A program made the position numbers and the translations under genes. 64,000 nucleotides of DNA from Thermodesulfobacteriota bacterium (GTDB lineage Bacteria > Desulfobacterota > Desulfobacteria > Desulfobacterales > C00003060): positions 160,001 to 224,000 of the forward strand of contig JAXHVD010000002.1 of assembly GCA_034189385.1 (NCBI GenBank), written 5' to 3'. Below are positions 1 through 9,605 of this stretch, in pieces. Each line of letters begins with the position of its first letter. Positions within the stretch are counted from its first letter, which is position 1. The notes under the pieces were generated by a model, which made no database searches, was not told where the DNA came from, and saw only the letters and a list, made by a program, of their open reading frames with translations.

Positions 1-2240
1 TCAAGAACGCCCTTCAGATCGATCCCAAGTTTGCAGAGGGCTATTACATGCTCGGCATGGTGGAACTTCAGGCCAAGGAGCTGAAGAAGGCCTTTGGGGC
101 CTTGTCCAAGGCCGTAGAACTGGACCCGGACCTCCTGGATGCCCATGTGCAGCTTGGCAGGATTTTTCTTGTGGCCCAAGACAGGGATAAGGCCTTGGAG
201 AAGGCGACGCTTGTCCTGTCCAAAGACCCGGAGCATGAAGATGGCCTGCTCTTAAAGGCAGCATGGTTGGCGGCAGACCAAAAAGGGGAAGAAGCAATAC
301 CTATCTTGGAATCCGTCATTGAGAAGAATCCGAAAAAGGCCGATTCCTACCTCTTGCTCTCAAGGATCAGGCTGGGGAAAGACGATCTGGACGGGGCAGT
401 TGAGACGTTGAAGGATCTTCTGAACTACGATGACAGGCATACGGCTGCGCGCCTGATCCTCGTAGACATTTTAGAGAAAAAGAGGAATTTCATAGAGGCG
501 GAAAGAGAGTACAAGACCCTCATTGATCAGAATCCAGACAACGATAGTCTAAAACTGCTCCTGGCAAACTTTTATGATCGTACGGACAGAAGCATGGAGG
601 CAGAGGGGATCCTAAAGGACTTCATCTCTGCTGACCCTGAAGACCAAAACCTTCGTCTGGGCCTGGCCCGTTTCTACGCCAAGAAGGAACGCCACGATGC
701 TATGGTCGAGGTGCTCAAGCAAGCGGTGAAGGACCTTCCAGAGCAATATGGAGCCTATGAAGTGCTGGCCGGATACTACTTGGGGCAGAAAGAGACCGAC
801 AAGGCCACGAGCCTGCTGGACCAATTCATGGAACGGGTGGGGGAAGGTCCGAATTATCTGAAGGCCAAGCTTTTCAAGGCAACGGTTTGCTTTCGGCAGG
901 AAGAGACGGCAGAGGGGCTCCGTTTGGTGGACGAGATATTAGAGGACAATCCCAAGGACGTGAGGGCCCATGCCTTAAAGGGAGACATACTGGCCACGCA
1001 AAAAGACTTTGACGGCGCTATTGCTGAATACAGGGCCGTTCTTCACGAGGAGCCGGAAAATACGGCAGTATTGCTGAGCCTTGCAAAGGCCCATCTTTTT
1101 AACAATGAACCGGCCCTTGCAGAAGACAGCTACAAGAAGATCGTGGAGATAGACCCCAATATGATAGGGGCCCGATTCCGTTTGGCAGAGATCTATAAAC
1201 GAAAGGGCAATGTGGACGCTGCAAAGGAAGAGATGAATAAGGTCTTGGATGTTGCGCCAGACAATAGAGAGGCCTTGTCGTCTCTCGGAGATATTGCCCT
1301 TTTCGGCAAGGATCACGATGGCGCAAAGAAGTATTTCGGCCGCCTCCTGGAACTTGAACCGGCCGCTCCCCTGGTCCTTCATAGAAATGGTCTTGTAAAA
1401 TTGATGGAGAACAATGCCAAAGAAGCCTCTTCGCTCTTTGAAAGGGCCCTGGCAATAGATCCTGATTTCGTGCCTGCCTTAAACGATTTGTTGGGCCTCC
1501 TTGTGCGGGAGAAGAACCTGGAAGGGGCTATTGAAAGGTGCCGGGAGCAAATTCAAAAGAGCCCGCAAAATGCCCAGTACTACATTTCCTTGGGCAGACT
1601 CCATGCGACAGCCAAGGATGTTGATGGGGCCCGGCGGGATTTTGAGAAGGCCCTTGAGGTGAATCCCGACAGCCAAGAGGCCTTGTTCCACTTGGCCAGA
1701 CTGGAGCAATCTGTTGGTTCCGTTGACGAGGCCCTCAAGAAATATCAGGAGATTAGGGAGAAAAGGCCCGACAATCTGGGCATTGCCGTGCTCATCGCAA
1801 CGCTGTTGGATCAACAGGGGAAATACGGACAAGCCAGGGCCATCTATGAAGAGGTGCTGGAGAAAAGGCCCGATCTGTCAGTAGCGGCAAACAACCTGGC
1901 CTTTTCCTACGCAGAGTATGATCCAACGGAAGAAAACCTTGCCAAGGCAGAGAAACTCATCGCACCTTTGGTCCAAGAGGACAAGGATGCCCATAATGTG
2001 GTGGACACGGCGGCCTGGGTCTACTTTCGTCAGGGCAAACTTGAAAAGGCAAGGGATCTGCTCCTTGGGGTAGAGGAAAAGGCCAGGAGCGTTCCTGTGA
2101 TCAGCTATCACTTGGGCATGATCTATCATGGCCTGGGAGAAGATGGAAAGGCCCGTGAATACCTGCAATTGGCCCTGGACAGCGAGGAGGAATTTCTGGG
2201 CAGGGCCGTGGCGGAGAAGACGCTCAAAGAGTTGAAGTAG
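1..2240 (+). CDS. Long TPR-repeat protein (PrsT-like, typical of EPS/PEP-CTERM export loci), 5' end outside window
   Basis: Frame is open from position 3 (KNALQIDPKFAEGYYM...); many TPR units; C-terminal NNLA...DTAAWVY...YHLG motif. Confidence 0.8.
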   Translation, partial: KNALQIDPKFAEGYYMLGMVELQAKELKKAFGALSKAVELDPDLLDAHVQLGRIFLVAQDRDKALEKATLVLSKDPEHEDGLLLKAAWLAADQKGEEAIPILESVIEKNPKKADSYLLLSRIRLGKDDLDGAVETLKDLLNYDDRHTAARLILVDILEKKRNFIEAEREYKTLIDQNPDNDSLKLLLANFYDRTDRSMEAEGILKDFISADPEDQNLRLGLARFYAKKERHDAMVEVLKQAVKDLPEQYGAYEVLAGYYLGQKETDKATSLLDQFMERVGEGPNYLKAKLFKATVCFRQEETAEGLRLVDEILEDNPKDVRAHALKGDILATQKDFDGAIAEYRAVLHEEPENTAVLLSLAKAHLFNNEPALAEDSYKKIVEIDPNMIGARFRLAEIYKRKGNVDAAKEEMNKVLDVAPDNREALSSLGDIALFGKDHDGAKKYFGRLLELEPAAPLVLHRNGLVKLMENNAKEASSLFERALAIDPDFVPALNDLLGLLVREKNLEGAIERCREQIQKSPQNAQYYISLGRLHATAKDVDGARRDFEKALEVNPDSQEALFHLARLEQSVGSVDEALKKYQEIREKRPDNLGIAVLIATLLDQQGKYGQARAIYEEVLEKRPDLSVAANNLAFSYAEYDPTEENLAKAEKLIAPLVQEDKDAHNVVDTAAWVYFRQGKLEKARDLLLGVEEKARSVPVISYHLGMIYHGLGEDGKAREYLQLALDSEEEFLGRAVAEKTLKELK

Positions 2241-2294
2241 GGATTGGGAAAAACCATAGATACCTGTCCCTAGCAACGACAGGGTGACAACAAG

Positions 2295-2324
2295 AAGCCT
2301 CCATCTGTGATGGGGGCTTTTTTT
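2295..2324 (+). terminator. Rho-independent terminator
   Basis: AAGCCTCCATC-TGT-GATGGGGGCTT stem followed by a T run. Confidence 0.85.
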
Positions 2325-2533
2325 GTGCCACCGTTCATGGCTGTCCAAGTGCAGCCGCCGTCAGTTTAGACGTAAGTTTCTGATAAAATTATATTTTCGT
2401 CTCATTAAAGGCTGACGTGCTTCTTAGATGGATGGTGTGCAAGCGTCTTTCAGAAACAGGTGACGCTGTTATCCTCAGGATCATCGCAACGCTTTCGGAG
2501 ATGACCTCTCACAGGAACACGTTGCCTAAAAAG

Positions 2534-3856
2534 CTACCGTCCCACAAGGGCCTGTGAGATAAGTCCGCTGGCGTCAAAAATAGACCTGCAGGCCGTGCCC
2601 GTGCTGTTGAAGAAGAAGGCATCGTCTTGCGTGTGCATGCCTACAAGGTTTGTGCGTCCAAAGACGTTGTCAGAGGCCACCTTGCCTTTCAGATCATATC
2701 CGTGATGGGCCAGCACGATGACGTCCGGGCCCAGTGCCTTATGGGGCCCGCTGTAAAGCTCTTCTTTAAAGTATATCTTCTGGGCCACCTTGTTACCGTC
2801 ATCAAAGGTCAGCTCTTCGAGGCCTTCCTTTAACTCTTTACACACCCGCTCAGCGTCGGAGGCCTCTACGGTCCCCAAGGGATATTTCCCTTTCAGATTC
2901 ACGTAAATCCGGGAAGGGTCCATGGCAAAGGCCGTTGATCCGGGGCCGATATCCATGACAGTCTGGGGTTGTTCTTTTGCGAACTTCAGGTATCCGTTTT
3001 CCTCGAGCCAGCGATTCAGATAGACCTCGGTCTTGATCTTTGTAAACCCGTGGTCCGATAGCATGTAGAACTGGTTTCTTCCGTCCTTTGAACCCTCCAA
3101 CCCCAGGAACTGATCGTAGACGCGGCCCACAAAGGCATCCACCTTGTTATAATAATCCAAAAACGCTTGATGGTAGGGATGGCCTTCTTTTTCAAAGGCA
3201 TCCCAGAGAAAATGCATCAAACGGTCGGTGCCGGTGACTACGACAATAAAGAGATCCCAGTCGATCTCGTCCCAGAGAAAGTCGGTGGCCCGTTGGCGGC
3301 TTTCAAGGGTTGCGTCCAGGTCACGGATCAAGAAGTCATGGTCTTGGCGGGCCCGCGTGGTGTCCACGTCAATGCGATAATCCCTTTCATTTAAGGCAGG
3401 AATAAGGGACGGCGGATACACGGCCTTGTTGATGTCAATGGCCACAAAACCTGATATGAGCGCGCCATTGATCTCACGGGCAGGGTAGGTGGCCGGCATA
3501 TTGATCACCACGCTTTTCATGCCCCGGGTACCTAGCTCCTCCCACAGGGGAGGGGCCTTGAGATGCATGTAATTGGGGAAATACATCTTATAGGTTCCGG
3601 GTTGGAAGTCCATAAACCCGAAGATCCCGTGCTCGCCGGACTGGGTGCCGGTCATAAAGGACGACCAGGATACTGACGAGATCTCTGGGATGCACACACT
3701 CATTTGGCCAAAGTAGCCTGTCTCAAAGATCGCTGCCATGTTGGGAATGTGGCCTCCACGCTTCAACGCTTCCAACAGGGTGTACGGGACGCCATCTAGG
3801 CCCACGACAACCACTCGTGGTCTTTCTCTTTTTCCGAATTTGTCCAACAAACCCAT
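2534..3856 (-). CDS. Alkaline phosphatase superfamily / type I phosphodiesterase-nucleotide pyrophosphatase
   Basis: GLDG, SSVSWSSFMTG, TDRLMH, SDHGF and GMH metal-binding motifs. Confidence 0.85.
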   Translation of the reverse strand: MGLLDKFGKRERPRVVVVGLDGVPYTLLEALKRGGHIPNMAAIFETGYFGQMSVCIPEISSVSWSSFMTGTQSGEHGIFGFMDFQPGTYKMYFPNYMHLKAPPLWEELGTRGMKSVVINMPATYPAREINGALISGFVAIDINKAVYPPSLIPALNERDYRIDVDTTRARQDHDFLIRDLDATLESRQRATDFLWDEIDWDLFIVVVTGTDRLMHFLWDAFEKEGHPYHQAFLDYYNKVDAFVGRVYDQFLGLEGSKDGRNQFYMLSDHGFTKIKTEVYLNRWLEENGYLKFAKEQPQTVMDIGPGSTAFAMDPSRIYVNLKGKYPLGTVEASDAERVCKELKEGLEELTFDDGNKVAQKIYFKEELYSGPHKALGPDVIVLAHHGYDLKGKVASDNVFGRTNLVGMHTQDDAFFFNSTGTACRSIFDASGLISQALVGR

Positions 3857-3910
3857 GTCTCACTCCTTTATATGAATATGAAAAATCTGATCCTTATCCT
3901 CTCTGGGGCT

Positions 3911-4735
3911 TCACATGTAGCCCAAGGTGCGCAACTGTGCCATGATCTCTTCCTTTTCCTGACCACGGCCGGCACGTTCAGGGGTATTGTCCAGGTCTTG
4001 CTCCCAAGCCGGGATATCTGACGTCTTTATGGTGGAACCCTTGGCACCCAGTGATCGATAACCCTGGTAATAGAGTGAACAGAAGGGGATGTGATATTGG
4101 TGAATAGTATCCCAAATATCGCGCTCCCTAAAATGCAGGATCGGTTGCACCCTCATATGGTCCGGATTGGATCTTGGGCTGAAATAGTCTTCCGTCACCC
4201 TGGCTTCCTGTTCGTCCCAGCGGATGGCCGTGGAAAGGGCCTTGATCCCGGTTTTTTCCATGAACACGTTCATGGCCACCGTTTTCATCAGGTGATTTCC
4301 AATATAGGATTCAGGCTCAAAGGGGAACGACTCTTCAGTAACCCCCAGGGTTGCAATCTCCTGTCGGTTTCTTTCATTCAGATCGGCCACTCGAATGAGG
4401 TCGCCCACCTGCTGGGCCTTTTCGCTGACATCGGTGTTCTTGACAACGGCCACCTCCACGTTCCATTCGGTTTTTACGCGGTCCACCAACTCAAGTATCT
4501 CCTCGAACACCTGTCCCTCGTCGATAAACATGGCCTTTGGCATGGGCTGCCCCATATCCTTGCAAGCTTCCCGGTAAAGCCACTGCATGGTCGTACTGTC
4601 TTTGCCTCCCGTCCAGGCCGTAAAGAGCCCGTCACCGGGGAATCTCTTCAGGGCTTCTTTTATGATTTCCTTTGATTGTTCTATCTTCTCTTCCAGTGTG
4701 AGGTTCATCAATCGTTCCTGGTCTTGTTGATCCAT
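3911..4735 (-). CDS. PAPS-reductase family protein, CysD-like (sulfate adenylyltransferase subunit 2 type)
   Basis: TGGKDS PP-loop, GYRSLG and C-terminal ERAGR...LRTLGYM; start placed at ATG 4735 behind AAGGAGG. Confidence 0.75.
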   Translation of the reverse strand: MDQQDQERLMNLTLEEKIEQSKEIIKEALKRFPGDGLFTAWTGGKDSTTMQWLYREACKDMGQPMPKAMFIDEGQVFEEILELVDRVKTEWNVEVAVVKNTDVSEKAQQVGDLIRVADLNERNRQEIATLGVTEESFPFEPESYIGNHLMKTVAMNVFMEKTGIKALSTAIRWDEQEARVTEDYFSPRSNPDHMRVQPILHFRERDIWDTIHQYHIPFCSLYYQGYRSLGAKGSTIKTSDIPAWEQDLDNTPERAGRGQEKEEIMAQLRTLGYM

Positions 4736-4883
4736 AAGTCCTCCTTTAATGTCCTGGCTGGAACCGGCATCTGGACGAAACTGCAAGGGCATTATTGTTG
4801 GTCCAGAGCCACAGTCTCCCCATATGACAGTGTGGCGGTCTGTTGGGGCTGTCACGATTCCTTTTAGAGGGGTGACAGGTCGT

Positions 4884-4912
4884 TTTATATCAACGGACCG
4901 CAAAGAGGTCAA
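4884..4912 (-). promoter_or_regulatory. sigma70-like promoter for the CysD-like/phosphodiesterase operon
   Basis: TTGACC-N17-TATAAA on minus strand, with extended TGn. Confidence 0.6.
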
Positions 4913-5025
4913 TAAGGCGGTCGAGATCTAAAGAAACAATCCATAGGGGCTTGAAAGGCCCTTCATGATCGCCCTTTCCAAGGACCATTCTCCTTTATTT
5001 TTCTGAATCATCAAGGGCTTACTTT

Positions 5026-5482
5026 CACAAGTTAGCGTCTCACGGCTTGAACCGAATAAGCGAGCGCATTCTCCACAGGAGAGCTACCGCAGCCCCCGTA
5101 GGTTCTGCCTAACGGCAGTGGTTCTTCCCGTTGGCAGTGCTGGCGCGGCGCAGGTCACGGGGAGGGTTCAAAAGAGGAGCACCCTTATCAACCGTTAGAA
5201 ATAACAGCTAAAAGTGTGCTGAGGTTGCTAGAAAACGGAAGAACCCTGGTTTGAACCTTTCTGATGCAAGGGAGCCTCGGGAGTAGGAAATCCTCTTCTC
5301 TTCGGCCTCCAATGCCTTTAGTAGCTGTGCGAAGATTCTGGGTTGCAATGGCTGTAGGCCTTCGTTCAGCGAATTTCCCACCCCCTCTCTTGCCAAATCC
5401 GGGGGGTACAAGTCTTGACAGACCTACTCTTAGTGGAAGCGGGGGGTGCACCTCTTCTCAAGCCGTGAGGCGCCAACTTGAG
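5026..5482. mobile_element. Non-autonomous inverted-repeat element, family A copy 1, with nested ~120 bp insert (5051-5170)
   Basis: Ends CAAGTTAGCGTCTCACGGCTTGA / TCAAGCCGTGAGGCGCCAACTTG (21/23 inverted match); body repeated at 30919-31425. Confidence 0.75.
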
Positions 5483-5560
5483 TTCCTTTCAAAGCAAACG
5501 CCACGGAAAAGTCGATTTTTGGACCATGTTTCAATATACATGGATAATGAGCCGGTCTGT

Positions 5561-5590
5561 TTGACAAATGTGGGTGGGGCAGAGTATAAT
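5561..5590 (+). promoter_or_regulatory. sigma70 promoter upstream of first sensor kinase
   Basis: TTGACA-N18-TATAAT. Confidence 0.7.
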
Positions 5591-5784
5591 TTTGGTCAAC
5601 CAACGTATACTCAAGGGCGCCTGGACTGTGGGATGGGACCAGGGCCCTTTGCCAACTTTGGCATGTGTCATGGAGGGGGACGAAGCCCACCAGAATCTGC
5701 CCTCCGCAGCCATAAATTTCGTATGAATGTAAGTGGGTTGTCACCTTATCAGAGAGACTTTTTTCATGAACGAGGGACCCTCCC

Positions 5785-8307
5785 ATGAAGAAAGAATCAG
5801 GCTATGAGGCGCTGAAAGGCAGGAACGGGACGCCGCAAAGGGGTGCCCTTGAGGGCAAGAAGGGGCCAGAAGCCATGATTAGGCAGGACGTTGTGCTGGA
5901 AATATTGAAGGCACTGCCAGGCACACTCAATGCCGTGGACAAAGATTATAATATTCTTATGGTCGGAGGTGAGATCGCACGTACATTTCAAGGAATAGAC
6001 CAGGTCATCGGGAAGAAATGCTACTCCGTTTTCCAGAACGCAGAGAGTCCCTGTCCTTGGTGCAAGATTGACAAAGTGCTCCAAGAAGGTGCCATCATAA
6101 ATGAAATAACGACTCCTGATGACCCCAGGGAAGTATTGATAAAAGCGCCGTTGCATATTTGCCTACGCCCCCTGAAGGATAGGGATGGCAATATCATAGG
6201 AGCCTTAGAGCTTGGTACGGACATTACCGAGATAAGAGAAGCCAATAAAAAGTACCAGCGTCTCCAGGATAAGCTCAAGAAAAGTGTGGAGAGGTATCGC
6301 CGAATGTTCGAGAACATACAAGATGTGTATTACGAAGTGACCATGGATGGCACCATTTTGGAGCTCAGTCCCTCCATTGAGGACGTGCTCCAATACAAGA
6401 GAGAAGAGCTGATTGGCAAATCAACATACGATACCTACGCAGATCCGAGAGAGAGAGACGAATTGGTAAATGCCCTTAGAAAGAGTGGCACGCTCAGGGA
6501 CTACGAGATTGTTCTTAAGAATAGAGACGGCTCCCAGGTGTCTTGTTCGGTCTCCGTGCAGTTAGTCACCGATGACGAAGACCATTCGGAAAAGATCGTG
6601 GGTTCGTTGCGCAATGTGACGCAACGCAAGAGGGTGGAAGGGGAGCTATCGGATATTGCGGTCAAACAAGCGGCTATCATGGCCTCCTTTCCAGGGGTCG
6701 TAGACGTGGTCGATAGGGAGCTGAACGTCTTATGGGCAAACGAGACTGCGAGGGAGTTTGCACAAGGGGACCCCTTGGGGGAGAAATGCTATAAGGTATA
6801 TAGAGGAAGAGATAAACCCTGCGAGGACTGTCAGATTCTTGAGACATTCAAAACAGGGAAGCCAGCCCAGAGGGAGCAGAAAATAAGGCTTGCCAATGGG
6901 ACAACAGAATATTTTGATATCAAGACCAGTGTAGTGAAAAGTGATAAAGACGGCAATCCGACTCAGGTCCTGGAATGTGCTACCAACATTACTGAGCGCA
7001 AGCGAGCAGAAAAGGCGCTGCAGAAGGCTCACGAAGAGTTGGAAAGGCAGGTGGAGAGAAGGACGGCGGAACTGGTCAAAGCCAACAAAAAATTGAAGCA
7101 TGAGATAGAGGCGGGGCAGCGGCGAGATGCGGCGTTGCGGGAGAGTACTCACCGGTTGCAACTTGTTTATGAGCAATCCCTTGCCTATGCACAAGAGCTC
7201 AGGCAAGGAATCGTTGACCGTGAGAGGGTAGAGAAAGCGCTGCGGGAGTCTGAAGCAAGATTGCAGTTAATACTCCAGACCATACCAACTGGTTTGTTTA
7301 TGGTCGATTTAGATAGACAGATCACTTACTGGAACAAAGAAGCGGAGAAGATTACGGGACTGCGGGCGGAAGATGCCGTTGGAAAGCAGTGCCTTGAAGC
7401 CTTTGATTGTGCGGACTGTAGGCAAGGATGCCCTCTTTTTGATGCCGAAGCGGGCGAGCCATTGCAGGAAGAGTCTACGATCTATGTGGGCGGCAAGAAA
7501 ATCCTAATTTCGAGATATGGACACCTTCTCAAGAATGTGTCAGGGCGCGCCGTTGGTGGTGTGCAAACTTTCATTGAGATCACCGAGCGCAAGCGCGCTG
7601 AGCAGGCCCTTGTTACCTCCCATGACAAACTCCAGTCTCTGGCATCGGAATTGTCCCTGGCCGAAGAGCGGGAACGGCGCCGTGTTGCCAGCGAAGTGCA
7701 CGACTGTTGTAGTCAGAACTTGGCTTTTGTCAAGTTAAGATTGGGAGCCTTGAGAGCATCGACTGCCTCCAGTGATCTTGCCGCAGCCTTGGAAGAAATC
7801 CTGGAACTGGTTGATGAGAGCATCGAAAACACACGATCCTTGATTTCTGAACTTGGTTCTCCAATTCTCTACGAATTGGGATTTGTGCCAGCAGTGGAAT
7901 GGCTCTGCCAACAGACTCAGAAGCGGCACGGCATCGTGGTAGACTTTGAGGATGACGGCCAGGCCAAGCCGCTAAGTGATGATGTCCGAGTGCTCTTATT
8001 TCAGGCCGTGCGCGAGGTGTTGATCAACATTGTCAAGCACGCCGAAACGCAGATTGCTAGGGTGTCTATTGCCAGAGTTGACGATCAGGTGCGAGTTGAA
8101 GTGCAAGATGATGGGGTTGGATTCGAGAGCACTGAAATTGGCCCCAGTCTGGACACAACAGGGAGGTTTGGTCTATTCAGCATCCGGATGCGATTGGAGC
8201 CACTGGGCGGACAGATGGTGGTGGATTCTAAACCTGACCGCGGCACTCAGGTCACTTTAAGGGCTCCGCTGGAGCACGTCGGGGGCAAGGAGGGAAGGGT
8301 GCCATGA
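5785..8307 (+). CDS. Cytoplasmic multi-PAS sensor histidine kinase (HisKA_3/NarX-type)
   Basis: Four PAS/PAC-like units, EERERRRVASEVHD H-box, N-box EVLINIVKHA, DDGVGF; no TM segment. Confidence 0.9.
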   Translation: MKKESGYEALKGRNGTPQRGALEGKKGPEAMIRQDVVLEILKALPGTLNAVDKDYNILMVGGEIARTFQGIDQVIGKKCYSVFQNAESPCPWCKIDKVLQEGAIINEITTPDDPREVLIKAPLHICLRPLKDRDGNIIGALELGTDITEIREANKKYQRLQDKLKKSVERYRRMFENIQDVYYEVTMDGTILELSPSIEDVLQYKREELIGKSTYDTYADPRERDELVNALRKSGTLRDYEIVLKNRDGSQVSCSVSVQLVTDDEDHSEKIVGSLRNVTQRKRVEGELSDIAVKQAAIMASFPGVVDVVDRELNVLWANETAREFAQGDPLGEKCYKVYRGRDKPCEDCQILETFKTGKPAQREQKIRLANGTTEYFDIKTSVVKSDKDGNPTQVLECATNITERKRAEKALQKAHEELERQVERRTAELVKANKKLKHEIEAGQRRDAALRESTHRLQLVYEQSLAYAQELRQGIVDRERVEKALRESEARLQLILQTIPTGLFMVDLDRQITYWNKEAEKITGLRAEDAVGKQCLEAFDCADCRQGCPLFDAEAGEPLQEESTIYVGGKKILISRYGHLLKNVSGRAVGGVQTFIEITERKRAEQALVTSHDKLQSLASELSLAEERERRRVASEVHDCCSQNLAFVKLRLGALRASTASSDLAAALEEILELVDESIENTRSLISELGSPILYELGFVPAVEWLCQQTQKRHGIVVDFEDDGQAKPLSDDVRVLLFQAVREVLINIVKHAETQIARVSIARVDDQVRVEVQDDGVGFESTEIGPSLDTTGRFGLFSIRMRLEPLGGQMVVDSKPDRGTQVTLRAPLEHVGGKEGRVP

Positions 8308-8957
8308 GCATAAGAGTTCTGCTAGCCGACGACCACAGGATCATGCGGTCAGGCCTCCGCTCCTTGCTTGAAAAGGAGTCCGACATGGAAGTTGTTGGAG
8401 AGGCAGACAACGGCCGAAGGACGGTGCAATTGGCCCGGGAGCTCTCTCCGGACGTGGTGATCATGGATATCAGTATGCCCGATTTGAACGGCATTGAGGC
8501 AAGTCGTCAGATTGTTTCCGAAGTGCCTGACGTGAAGGTGGTGGCCCTGTCCATGCATTCGGACGAGCAATTTGTTGGGCAAATGCTCGATAGCGGTGCA
8601 ACTGGCTATCTGCTGAAGGACTGTGCCCTTGAGGAATTGTGTCGCGCCATCCGCGTGGTGGTTGCGAACAAGAGCTATCTGAGCCCCGGGATAGCAGATA
8701 TCGTGGTGAAGACCTACCGGCGTGAATTGTCAAGAGCCGAGCCTGCAGGTCCCCGGGAGCTGACGCCTAGGGAACGGGAGGTCCTTCAGCTTGTGGCCGA
8801 AGGCAATAGCTCCAAGAAGATCGCCTCCCGTCTCCATGTGAGCATGAAGACGGTAGAGGCCCATCGCCACCAGATTATGGATAAGTTGGATATTCGCAGT
8901 GTAGCCGAGCTTACCAAGTATGCCATTCGCAAAGGAATCACCTCCCTGGAAACGTGA
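8304..8957 (+). CDS. NarL/LuxR-family response regulator 1
   Basis: LADDH, MDISMP, YLLKD; HTH LTPREREVLQLVAEG; ATGA overlap with kinase. Confidence 0.95.
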   Translation: MSIRVLLADDHRIMRSGLRSLLEKESDMEVVGEADNGRRTVQLARELSPDVVIMDISMPDLNGIEASRQIVSEVPDVKVVALSMHSDEQFVGQMLDSGATGYLLKDCALEELCRAIRVVVANKSYLSPGIADIVVKTYRRELSRAEPAGPRELTPREREVLQLVAEGNSSKKIASRLHVSMKTVEAHRHQIMDKLDIRSVAELTKYAIRKGITSLET

Positions 8958-9147
8958 CCATAGAGTAGCGAACATAGAAAAATAAGGGATGCCGGTGAAA
9001 AGTGGAACCGAACCCGAACCGATATTCAAAGATTCGCTGGACAGTAGAAACCTCCTTGATCGTTCAGGCAATATTTTGACCAGATCATCAACGTCCCGTT
9101 CTTACCCTTTCTACATACTAATGAGATCATTGACATTTAGACATAAG

Positions 9148-9320
9148 GTCACCGCCCGCTCCCCTTCGACATTGCTACATTCGGCCTGAGCTCATGTCGA
9201 AGGCAGAGTCGCTTGAGACGGAAAGGACACAAGGTTGATTAGCTCATTAGCTCACCAGCTTAATAGCCTGTTAACAGCGGAAAACATAAAGAAAAATAGA
9301 CTCTGCGCTCTTGGCCTTTC
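9148..9320. repeat. REP-like palindromic element, family C
   Basis: TCACCGCCCGCTCCCCTTCGAC...GTCGCTTGAGACG is the reverse complement of 58770-58818; GCGGAAAACATAA shared with 35791-35933. Confidence 0.6.
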
Positions 9321-9605
9321 GGCTCTGAGCGGCTCGACTTGAGCTCGCCGACAAGTCTCAAGGCCGAGGGGCGCCTTTGCGGTGAATCTTTGTTTCTAAA
9401 ACTAAGAGGCTATATCTAAATACTTTTTTCCGCATTCGTAAGATGAAGAGAGAGTCAAGAGACGCATCCAGGTGCAGCTCGGGGCCTGTGTCACCAATTG
9501 CAGGTCCAGAATGCTGGGCGTCTGAGGGTATATTGACGTGAGAATGCGAAGGGTTCCAGGCAGGGCGCTGGCAGCTCTTTTCCTTCACCAAAGGGGGTGT
9601 CACAG

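Noticed and set aside
5188..5451. ORFs in family A elements (also 30963-31166, 31188-31385) as transposases
   Set aside because: Short, no DDE/HUH motif, frames differ between copies
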